From Gaiellaceae bacterium (GTDB lineage: Bacteria > Actinomycetota > Thermoleophilia > Gaiellales > Gaiellaceae): a stretch of 64,000 nucleotides of DNA. The notes beneath the pieces were generated by a model that had not been told where the DNA came from, did no database searches, and saw nothing but the letters and a program-made list of their open reading frames with translations. The stretch covers positions 4,685 to 68,684 of the forward strand of contig DATIOD010000055.1 in NCBI GenBank assembly GCA_035473635.1. Direction: 5' to 3'. The position numbers and the translations under genes were made by a program. Shown piece after piece: positions 28,077-36,366 of the stretch (positions are counted from its first letter, which is position 1; every line of letters starts with the position of its first letter).

Positions 28077-29322
28077 GGCACTCCTGGAGGATGTTCAGGC
28101 CGCGGTCGAGCTCCACGGCCGACACCGTGAACGGGACGAGGATCCGGATCACGTTGCCGTAGATGCCGCACGAGAGCAGGATCAGCCCGCGTTCGCGCGC
28201 CGCAGCGGTGATGCGCGAGGCCTCGTCCGCCGTTTGCTCGGGCAGCTCGAGCGCGAGCATCGGTCCGAGCCCGCGCACGTCGGCGCCCGCCGGCGCCATT
28301 ACGAGCAGCCGCTCGCGGATGCGCTCGCCGAGCTGCTCGGCCTGCGGCCTCAGCTCGTCGAGCACGTCGAGCACGACGATCGCCGCCGCGCACGACACCG
28401 GATTGCCCGTGAACGTGCCGCCGAGCCCGCCGGGCGGCACGCTGTCCATCACGTCCGCGCGGCCGGTGACCGCGGCGAGCGGCAGCCCGCCGCCGAGCGT
28501 CTTGCCGCTGACGAGCAGGTCGGGCTGTGCGTCCTGGTAGTGCTCGATCGCCCAGACCGGCCCGGTGCGGCCGCAACCCGACTGCACCTCGTCGTCGACG
28601 TAGAGGATCCCGTGCTCGTCGAGCAGCTCGCGCAGCCGCCGCGGGAAGTCCGGCGTCATCGGGATGAAGCCGCCCTCGCCCTGCACGGGCTCGAGCACGG
28701 CGCACGCGACCGACTGCGGGTCGACGTCGCCCTTGAACAGCCGCTTCAGCGCCGCAATCGCGTCGTCCTCGCTCACGCCGCGATACGGGTACGGCGCCGG
28801 CGTGCGGTAGACCTCGGGCGCGAACGGGCCGAACCCCTTCTTGTAGGGGACGACCTTCGAGGTCATCGTCATCGCGAGCAGCGTGCGTCCGTGGAACGCG
28901 TTGTCGAAGACGATCACCGCCGGGCGGCCCGTCGCAACGCGCGCGATCTTCACCGCGTTCTCGATCGCCTCCGCACCGGAGTTCAGCAGCAAGGTCTTCT
29001 GATTGCCGCCGCGGCACGGCGAGAGCTCGGCGAGCCGGCGGCACACTTCGACGTACGGCTCGTACATGCCGACCATCGCGCACTGGTGCAGGTAGCGGTC
29101 GACCTGCTCGTGCACCGCCTGCACGACGGCGGGCAGCGAGTGACCGACGTTCGCGCAGCCGATGCCGCCGGCGAAGTCGATGTACTCGCGGCCGTCGACG
29201 TCCCAGATCCGTGCGCCCTCGGCACGCTCGACAAAGATCGGCGGCGTCGAGAGCCCGCGTGCGACGTAGCGCTCCCGGGCCGCCTGGATGCGCTCGGTGG
29301 CGGTGCGCTCCTGCAGGGACAA
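28066..29322 (-). CDS. gabT: class III aminotransferase, 4-aminobutyrate--2-oxoglutarate transaminase-like
   Basis: FVERAEGARIWDVDGREYIDFAGGIGCANVGH, LLLNSGAEAIENAVK, DEVQSGCGRTG. TTG start with no SD. Confidence 0.75.
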
Positions 29323-29400
29323 AGCAGAAGCGACTGTATACGGCGCCTCTGCGTCGAGCCAGGTGAGCCGGGCTGCGGCCCGGATACGATGGCCGACTCG

Positions 29401-29471
29401 GGCGCCTTGGCCGAGTGGTTAGGCAGCGGCCTGCAAAGCCGTTTACAGCGGTTCGAATCCGCTAGGCGCCT
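29401..29471 (+). tRNA. tRNA-Cys (anticodon GCA)
   Basis: Cloverleaf folded by hand. Acceptor GGCGCCT/AGGCGCC, anticodon stem GCGGC/GCCGT with loop CTGCAAA, T-arm AGCGG-TTCGAAT-CCGCT, discriminator T (U73 is typical of Cys). CCA is not encoded. Confidence 0.9.
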
Positions 29472-29480
29472 CTACAGGGA

Positions 29481-30152
29481 ATGAACTTTCTGCGCGCCGT
29501 GCTCCAGGCTCCTCGCGACCGCATTGACGAGTTGCGGGCGTTCTACCTGTCGACGCTCGGGCTCGAGCCGGCGGGAGCGGACGCCGTGCGGGTCGGCGCG
29601 ACCGTCCTCGAGTTTCAGGAGTCGGACGGCGAGCCCTTCTACCACTTCGCGTTTCTCGTGCCCGGAAACCGTCTCGAGGCCGCCCGGGAGTGGGCGGCGA
29701 GCCGAGTCGAGCTCCTCGAAGGCGGAGACATCGAGGACGTCGTCTTCGACTTCGACTTCTGGAATGCGCTGGCGTTCTACTTTCACGATCCCGGGCAGAA
29801 CGTAGTGGAGCTGATCGCTCACCTCGGCTTCGAGGAGAACGATCGCACCGGCGAGTTCGACGCGGCTGAGCTCCTCGGTCTTTCGGAGATCGGGCTCGTC
29901 GGCGAGCAGTCCGAGATCGGACGCGGCCTCGATCGGCTCGGGATCGATCTCTTCGACGGGTCGCTCGAACCTGGCGGCCTCGGATTCGTCGGCGAACGCG
30001 CACGGACGTTCATCGTCGCCCGCGTCGGCCATCGCTGGCTGCCGACGCGCCGGCCCGCCGAACCCCACCCGGTCGACGTCTCGGTGAGCGGCTCTCGTGA
30101 CGCGGAGACGACCGTCGGTGGTCATCGGATCAGGGTCGTCGACGCGCGGTGA
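29481..30152 (+). CDS. VOC (glyoxalase/bleomycin-resistance/dioxygenase) family protein
   Basis: Two beta-alpha-beta-beta-beta-like halves (FYLSTLGLEP...EPFYHFAFLV...YFHDPGQNVVELI). Confidence 0.6.
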   Translation: MNFLRAVLQAPRDRIDELRAFYLSTLGLEPAGADAVRVGATVLEFQESDGEPFYHFAFLVPGNRLEAAREWAASRVELLEGGDIEDVVFDFDFWNALAFYFHDPGQNVVELIAHLGFEENDRTGEFDAAELLGLSEIGLVGEQSEIGRGLDRLGIDLFDGSLEPGGLGFVGERARTFIVARVGHRWLPTRRPAEPHPVDVSVSGSRDAETTVGGHRIRVVDAR

Positions 30153-30405
30153 CGAGGCCGAAGTTGAGCGACGAGTGGAGGCGGCGCCAGCTTGCGATCG
30201 CCGCGCGCGGCCGACCACCGCGGAGCACGAGCATGCCGCCAAGCCCGTGCCGGAAGCGTCGAACGGCGAGCACGCGGAACCCCGCTCACGAGTGTCGCTG
30301 ACGACGCCGCCCGGGACTCCTCGGGAACTTGGTCTACCGGAGCCGAGACCGATTCTCGGCCAGGCTGCACGCAGTCTGCGGCACCGCACCCGTCGCCTTT
30401 ACGGA

Positions 30406-31185
30406 TCAGCGCAGGACCAGCAGATCGAGCCAGTTGCTCCGGGTTTCAGGGCTCGCCGTGTCCTCGCGTCGTACGGCCCGGCGGAGGCGTTCCTTGCCGC
30501 GGAGGAACTCGTCGTCGGTCAGGTTGCGCATCGTGGTGTCGGCATGGCGGAGGGTGTCGACCTGGCCGAGCAAGTCGGCGAGGCGGCCCGGGTTCGTCTC
30601 ACGAACCTGCTCGAGCGCGTCCCGACGGAATCCCGCGGCCGCGAACGCCCGGCACGTGTCCTCGAGGGAGGGGAACGTCTTTGCCGTGCGGGCGGTCTCG
30701 GGGAACCAGCGGACGAGCTCGATCCGGTCGTATCTCAGGTCTCCCGAGGGCGCGTATCTGTCGGGGAAGCCCTGTCGGATGAGGACTGGGGCGCCGGGGC
30801 GGAGCACGCGGCGGATCTCGTGTGCCGCGACTTCGAGGTCGGTGATGTGGTGGATGACGAGGGAGAGCCACGCGGCGTCCGCCGCTGCATCCGGCAGCGG
30901 GAGGGCGCTCGCATCGCCCTCGAGCACCTGGACGGCCGGCGACCGGGCGATCTGAGCCCGCATCGCGGCCGACGGCTCGACTGCGAGCACGGTGAGGCCG
31001 AACCAGTCGCTGAAGGCTGCGGAGAACGCGCCGGTTCCCGCGCCGATGTCCACCAGGGTCATCCCCTGCGACGGGCGCAGGTGGCGTCGCACCGCCTCGC
31101 GCCACTCCGCGAGCCCGTCGCGCGGGATCTCGCGGACCGCCTTGAACGCCGCGGCGGTCGGCTCGTCGTAGCTGATCCTCGCCAT
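30406..31185 (-). CDS. class I SAM-dependent methyltransferase
   Basis: Motif I LVDIGAGTGAFS. GGAGG SD before ATG 31185. Confidence 0.8.
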   Translation of the reverse strand: MARISYDEPTAAAFKAVREIPRDGLAEWREAVRRHLRPSQGMTLVDIGAGTGAFSAAFSDWFGLTVLAVEPSAAMRAQIARSPAVQVLEGDASALPLPDAAADAAWLSLVIHHITDLEVAAHEIRRVLRPGAPVLIRQGFPDRYAPSGDLRYDRIELVRWFPETARTAKTFPSLEDTCRAFAAAGFRRDALEQVRETNPGRLADLLGQVDTLRHADTTMRNLTDDEFLRGKERLRRAVRREDTASPETRSNWLDLLVLR

Positions 31186-31327
31186 GCCTGCCTCCTACCT
31201 CGTTGCCTCCGGGCCTGCCGCTGAGAGCGTGCTCCCTCGACCGGCGAACGGGCAACCTCCCTCTCGGTGAGCGGTCGCTCGTTTCCGGTGGGCGGCGGCG
31301 CCCGGTAGATCGTAGAGTCGTCCGACA

Positions 31328-31738
31328 TTGGCTCAAGGGGCCCACTCGTTCCACACGCTCTCTCGGATCGAGGACGCGATCAGAGCCAGCTGGGCCCTCG
31401 ACACGGCCGACCAGGACGACGGCTGGACGCCGGAGAACCCGTCGCGCGGCCAGTGCGACGTCACGACCCTCGTCGTCCACGACATCTTCGGCGGAGACGT
31501 GCTCGGCGCCGACGTCTTCCTGAACGGTGAGCGGATCGAGGCGCACATGTGGAACCGGCTTCCGGGCGGCATGGAGGTCGACCTGACGCGCGACCAGTTC
31601 CGAAACGGCGAGGTGATCGGTGAGCCGTCCGTCCGACAGCGGCCGGCGCGCTTCGAGCCGGATCACCCCCGGTACCACCGTTACGAGGCCTACCTCGTGC
31701 TGGCGGAGCGCGTCCGGGCCCGCCTCACCGACAGCTAG
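31328..31738 (+). CDS. YunG-like hypothetical protein
   Basis: NPSRGQCDVTTLVVHDIFGGDV resembles the YunG family as I remember it. TTG start is uncertain. Confidence 0.45.
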   Translation: MAQGAHSFHTLSRIEDAIRASWALDTADQDDGWTPENPSRGQCDVTTLVVHDIFGGDVLGADVFLNGERIEAHMWNRLPGGMEVDLTRDQFRNGEVIGEPSVRQRPARFEPDHPRYHRYEAYLVLAERVRARLTDS

Positions 31739-32457
31739 GGCCGCCGGCCGATCACCGCATCGACGCCGACGCGCTCGCGATAGGAGCTCTTCGCCTGCTC
31801 ACGGAGGCGCCGCTCGAACTCCGCCCGCCGGTCGCCGAGTCGCTCGACTGATGCCGACGAGGTCGAGTAGGCGAACCCGATCAGCTCGTCCGCCGTCCAC
31901 GTCCGCTCGACCTCGACCGAGACGATCTCCACCTCCGAGAACGGGCTGCTCCGGAGAATCTCCTCGTAGCGGAACCCCGGCTTCGACCGCTCGCTCGGAG
32001 GCTCGTCGATCAGCTCTCGGGCGAGCGAGAGCGCGAGCGTCTGCGCCACCGAGTCCCGGCTGTCGTCCGCGCAGAGCGCGACCGTCGACGTGAGCCGCGC
32101 GAGGTTGTCGAGCACGAGTGGCGCATCGAACCAGTGGATCGCGCGTCCGACCGTCGCGAGCCGGAACGAGCCCCAGCGCTCGTCGACGTCCTCGGCACGT
32201 CCCTCGACGGCGGTGACGTTCGCGGGCGCCGCGCGCTGGAGCTCGGCGATCATCTCTGGCTCGGCGTCGACGGCCACCACCTCGCGCGCGTACGCCGCGA
32301 GTGGGATCGCGAGCGAGCCGGGCCCGCAGCCCAGGTCGAGCACGCGCGCTTGACGGTCGACACCGGCTGCCTCCGCGAGCCGCGCGATCAGCTCCGGCGG
32401 ATAACCGGGGCGGTAGCGCGGGTAGTACGCCGCCGCGGTGCGGAAGGGCCGCGACAC
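31735..32457 (-). CDS. class I SAM-dependent methyltransferase
   Basis: GTG 32457 within ORF 31735..33351. YYPRYRPGYP and motif I VLDLGCGPGSLA. Confidence 0.8.
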   Translation of the reverse strand: MSRPFRTAAAYYPRYRPGYPPELIARLAEAAGVDRQARVLDLGCGPGSLAIPLAAYAREVVAVDAEPEMIAELQRAAPANVTAVEGRAEDVDERWGSFRLATVGRAIHWFDAPLVLDNLARLTSTVALCADDSRDSVAQTLALSLARELIDEPPSERSKPGFRYEEILRSSPFSEVEIVSVEVERTWTADELIGFAYSTSSASVERLGDRRAEFERRLREQAKSSYRERVGVDAVIGRRP

Positions 32458-32462
32458 GCCCT

Positions 32463-33194
32463 CTACGCGCGCTTCTCCCAGACGGAGACGTGCGACGTGC
32501 TCTCCGCCGTGAACGGCTCTCCCTGCCAGTCGCCGAACCGATCGCGCAGCGTCATCCCCGCGAGGCGCGCCATCAGGTCGAGCTCGGCCGGCCACACGTA
32601 GCGGAAGGGAATCGAGTTCACGTCGACGTCGCCTCCAGCCACGAGGTAGTGATGCGAGACGAGCCCCTGCGACACGACGTCGTACTCGTCGATGCCCAGG
32701 TGCGTCGGTGTGACGGCGAACGGCTGGAAGGTCTCGCCCGGGGGCAGTCGCTGCAGCTGAGGAACCGACACCTCGATCACGAAGCAGCCGGCTGGTTCGA
32801 GGTGCGCGGCGACGTTGCGGAAGCACGCGACCTGCTCGTCCTGGCTGGTGAGGTTCATGATCGTGTTGAAGACGAGGTAGGCGACGGAGAACGTCCCGTC
32901 GACGCTCGTCGTCGCGAAGTCGCCGATCGTGACGCCGATCGTCTCGGCGCCGGGCTTCTCGCGCAGGCGGGCGACCATCGCCTCCGACAGGTCGATGCCG
33001 TGCACCCGCACGCCGCGCGCCGCGAGGGGGACGGCGATTCGGCCGGTGCCGATCCCGAGCTCGAGCGCGGCGCCGTCGCCCGCCAGGCCGGCGAGCAGGT
33101 CGACGACGGGCTCGACGACGGCGGGATCGAACATCTCGGCGCTCGACTCGTCGTAGCGCGCGGCCACCCGTTCTCCGAAGTGGTTCTCCGGCAC
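32463..33194 (-). CDS. class I SAM-dependent methyltransferase
   Basis: GTG 33194 within ORF 32463..33446. HFGERVAARYDES and motif I ALELGIGTGRIA. Confidence 0.8.
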   Translation of the reverse strand: MPENHFGERVAARYDESSAEMFDPAVVEPVVDLLAGLAGDGAALELGIGTGRIAVPLAARGVRVHGIDLSEAMVARLREKPGAETIGVTIGDFATTSVDGTFSVAYLVFNTIMNLTSQDEQVACFRNVAAHLEPAGCFVIEVSVPQLQRLPPGETFQPFAVTPTHLGIDEYDVVSQGLVSHHYLVAGGDVDVNSIPFRYVWPAELDLMARLAGMTLRDRFGDWQGEPFTAESTSHVSVWEKRA

Positions 33195-33302
33195 GCCCGC
33201 ACTTTGCCAAGAGCGTCCCTCCGACGCCGTGCATCCGCGACCGGTTTGTAGTAAGCCATTCGGTGAGGAAACGGGGGAAACCGAACGCAGCAGCTCGACC
33301 AC

Positions 33303-36014
33303 ATCGTCGGCCGCGAGTCGGAACTTGCCCAGCTCGAGCGGCTCCTCGCAACGGACCGTCCGTCCGAGGCGGTCGTTGTCACCGGAGGGCCGGGCGCGGG
33401 CAAGACGACGCTCTGGGAGGCCGGGATCCGCGCCGCCGAAGCGCACGGGACGCGCGTCCTCCGCGCGCGTCCGAGCGGCGCCGACACCGAGCTCTCGTTC
33501 GCCGGCCTGATCGACCTGCTCGACGGCGTCGAGCTGCGCGGCCTCGGCGTGCCGTCACCGCAGCGGCGCGCGCTCGAGGTCGCGCTCCTGCGCACCGAGC
33601 CTGCGGATGCGCCACCCGAGGCGCACGCGATCAGGCTGGCCCTGCTCAACGCGCTGCGCGAGCTGGCGCGGCTCGAGCCCGTCGTCGTCGCGGTCGACGA
33701 TCTCCAGTGGCTCGACGCGTCGTCGGTGGAGAGCCTCACGTTCGCCGCAGACCGGGTCGAGGCGGCGCCCGTCGCGTTCCTGCTCGCCCGCCGGCCCGGC
33801 ACACCGACCGCGCTCGAGCGGACGCTCGATGGCCGGACGGAGACCGTGGCGGTCGGCCCGCTCAGCCTCGGGGCGATCCGGCGGCTTCTCTCGGAGCGGC
33901 TCGGCCTCAACCTGCCGCGGCAGCACCTGCGCCGCATCGCCGACACGACGCTCGGCAACCCGCTGTTCGCGCTCGAGATCGGGCGCTCGCTCGTCGAGCG
34001 CGGCGTACCGCCCACGGCCGACGAGATCGCCGTTCCCGAGGTGGTGGAGGACCTCCTGGGCACGCGTGTGGCGAGGCTCCCGCGCGGCCAGCGCCGGCTC
34101 CTGCTCGCGGTGGCGCTGAGCGGCGATCTGCGCCTGTCGCAGCTCGCCGAGATCGGGGACGAGCTCGCCGTCGACGACGCGGTCGGCGCGGGCCTGCTCG
34201 TCGTCGAAGGCGATCGAGTCCGCCCGTCGCACCCGCTGCTCGCCGCGGCGGCGCGGAGCCGTGCCCGGGCGCGCGAGCAGCGGGCGATGCACCTCGTGCT
34301 GGCGCGCGCCCTCGGCGACTCCGAGCTGCACGCGCTGCACCTCGCACTCGCCGCCGACGGGCCGGACCCGGAGTTGGCGGCGACGCTGGCGGTTGCGGCC
34401 GCGGGCGCGGGCGCGCGCGGCGCGGCTCAGGACGCGGTCGTGCTGGCAGGCCACGCGCTGCGCGTCACAACTCCCGACGACCCGGAGCGGAGCGACCGCG
34501 TGCTGCAACTCGCGCGCTACATCGAGGTCTCGGGCGACCTGAAGCGGCTGTCGGCGTTCGTCGCGGGCGAGCTCGACTCGCTGCCGCCGGGCCGCGCACG
34601 GGCGCAGGCACTCGTGCTGTTGAGCGAGGGCGGGGCGATCGAGCACAACGACGAGAGCCTCGACTATCTCCAGCTCGCGCTCGACGAGAGCGCCGAGGAC
34701 CCGCTCCTGCACGCCTCGATCGCGGCGGAACTGGCGAGCAACTGGGCGGCGATCGGCGTCGAGCGCATCCGAGAGGCGGAGGCGCGCGCGGAAGAGGCGG
34801 TGCTCGCAGCCCGCACGGCCGGGGCCGCCGAGCTCGAGCGGTTTGCGCTGACGAGCCTGAGCTGGGCCCGCTGCCTGCGCGGCTGCCCGATCGACGACAT
34901 CTGCCGGCGCTTCGTCGAGGTCTCCGACGCGGTCTTCTACCTCGCCGGGTCGCCCGAGCGGATCGCCGCCGAGCGGCTCGTCTGGCGGGGCGAGGTCGAA
35001 CGTGCGCGGACGACGCTGGCGCGGCTGCGGGACGTCGCCGACGAGCGCGGCGAGCCGGTCTCGTACGCGCTCATCCGCCTCCATCGCTGCGAGCTCGAGC
35101 TGCGCGCCGGCGGGTGGGACGCCGCGGAGGCGCTCCTCGACGAGTGGGCCGACACGTCCGACGACGAGCTCCTCGGCTGGCCGATGTACGAACGCTGCCG
35201 TGCGTTCCTCGCAGTCGGTCGCGGCGATCCGAACGGGGCCCGGCACTGGATCGCGCTCACGCTCGAGCGGTCGCGGGCGATGGGTGCGCGCTGGGAGGAG
35301 CTCGAGGCGCGTCGCGCGGCCGGGATCGTAGCGCTGCTCGACGGCGACCCGGAGGCCGCCGTGGAGCATCTCCGCACGGTGTGGGAGCACACGGTGCGCG
35401 AGCAGGTCGACGAGGTGGGGGCGTTCCCGGCGGCGACGGATCTGGTCGAGGCGTTGACCGAGCTCGGTGCGCTCGACGAGGCCGCCGCCGTCACCGACCG
35501 CCTGCGACGGCTCGCCGAGCCCCAGGAGCATCCGTGGGCGTCGGCGAGCGCCCGGCGCTGCGCCGCGTCGATCGCGCTCCTGGCGCCGCCCTACGACGAC
35601 CGTGCGGCGGCCGAGCTCGAGGCCGTCGCGGATGACTATGCGCGCGTCGGGCTCGACTTCGACCGCGCGCGGTCGCTGCTCTCGCTCGGACGGGCGCAGC
35701 GGCGGATGCGCAAGTGGGGGGCGGCGCGGCAATCGTTGGAGCACGCCGTGTCGAGCTTCGACGCGCTGGGATCGCCGGGCTGGGCCGAGCGGACGCGCTC
35801 CGAGCTCGAGCGTGTCGGGGCGCGCCGGCCCCAGGCGACGGGCGAGCTGACCCCAGCCGAGCGGCGCGTGGCGAAGCTGGCCGCCGACGGGCTCGCGAAC
35901 AAGGAGATCGCGCAGGCGCTCCACGTCACCGTCAATACGATCGAGGCGCACCTCTCGCACGTCTACGCGAAGCTGGGGGTGCGCTCGCGCGCCCGGCTCG
36001 CTCCGTTCTTGTAA
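33303..36014 (+). CDS. LAL-type regulator (AAA_16 P-loop NTPase + TPR-like repeats + C-terminal LuxR HTH); start codon unresolved
   Basis: The frame is open from 33267. IVGRESELAQLERLL, Walker A GGPGAGKT at 33384-33407, DDLQWLD, C-terminal LTPAERRVAKLAADGLANKEIAQALHVTVNTIEAHLSHVYAKLGV. The first in-frame ATG/GTG/TTG is at 33549, downstream of the P-loop. 33303 is an ATC codon. Confidence 0.8.
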   Translation: MVGRESELAQLERLLATDRPSEAVVVTGGPGAGKTTLWEAGIRAAEAHGTRVLRARPSGADTELSFAGLIDLLDGVELRGLGVPSPQRRALEVALLRTEPADAPPEAHAIRLALLNALRELARLEPVVVAVDDLQWLDASSVESLTFAADRVEAAPVAFLLARRPGTPTALERTLDGRTETVAVGPLSLGAIRRLLSERLGLNLPRQHLRRIADTTLGNPLFALEIGRSLVERGVPPTADEIAVPEVVEDLLGTRVARLPRGQRRLLLAVALSGDLRLSQLAEIGDELAVDDAVGAGLLVVEGDRVRPSHPLLAAAARSRARAREQRAMHLVLARALGDSELHALHLALAADGPDPELAATLAVAAAGAGARGAAQDAVVLAGHALRVTTPDDPERSDRVLQLARYIEVSGDLKRLSAFVAGELDSLPPGRARAQALVLLSEGGAIEHNDESLDYLQLALDESAEDPLLHASIAAELASNWAAIGVERIREAEARAEEAVLAARTAGAAELERFALTSLSWARCLRGCPIDDICRRFVEVSDAVFYLAGSPERIAAERLVWRGEVERARTTLARLRDVADERGEPVSYALIRLHRCELELRAGGWDAAEALLDEWADTSDDELLGWPMYERCRAFLAVGRGDPNGARHWIALTLERSRAMGARWEELEARRAAGIVALLDGDPEAAVEHLRTVWEHTVREQVDEVGAFPAATDLVEALTELGALDEAAAVTDRLRRLAEPQEHPWASASARRCAASIALLAPPYDDRAAAELEAVADDYARVGLDFDRARSLLSLGRAQRRMRKWGAARQSLEHAVSSFDALGSPGWAERTRSELERVGARRPQATGELTPAERRVAKLAADGLANKEIAQALHVTVNTIEAHLSHVYAKLGVRSRARLAPFL

Positions 36015-36082
36015 AGCGCGCATCGAAAGTTTCAGGGTTTCCGGTATTTCGGGGCCGGCCGCCGCCTCGTACCTTCGGAGGG

Positions 36083-36346
36083 GTGACCGCGTTTCTCGTC
36101 GAGCTCTACGTCGCGCAGTCCAACGCCGGCTCCGTCCGGCGCGACGCCGACCGCGCACGCCTCGCCGCCGAAGCGATGAGCCGAGAAGGCACGCCCGTTC
36201 GCTACCTCCAGTCGATCTTCGTGCCTGCAGACGAGACCTGCTTCCACCTCTGTGAAGCCGGCTCTGAGGATGCGGTTCGGGAGGTGATTCGGCGCGCCGA
36301 CCTGTCGTCCGGGCGCGTCTCCGAGGTAGTCGCTGTAGGTCAGTGA
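36083..36346 (+). CDS. DUF4242-domain protein (87 aa)
   Basis: GTG 36083 follows GGAGGG. YLQSIFVPADETCFHLCEAGSEDAVREV resembles DUF4242. Confidence 0.65.
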   Translation: MTAFLVELYVAQSNAGSVRRDADRARLAAEAMSREGTPVRYLQSIFVPADETCFHLCEAGSEDAVREVIRRADLSSGRVSEVVAVGQ

Positions 36347-36366
36347 CCAGCGGGAGGGGACTTGAG

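Noticed and set aside
29385-29390. TACGAT as a -10 box for the tRNA-Cys gene, about 10 nt upstream of the mature 5' end
   Set aside because: No convincing -35 element at the proper spacing. A single hexamer match is insufficient evidence.
29401-33194. Integrated mobile element at tRNA-Cys
   Set aside because: I found no integrase, recombinase, or direct repeat of the tRNA 3' end downstream, and base composition looks like the surroundings. Downgraded to a low-interest finding and not called as a mobile_element feature.
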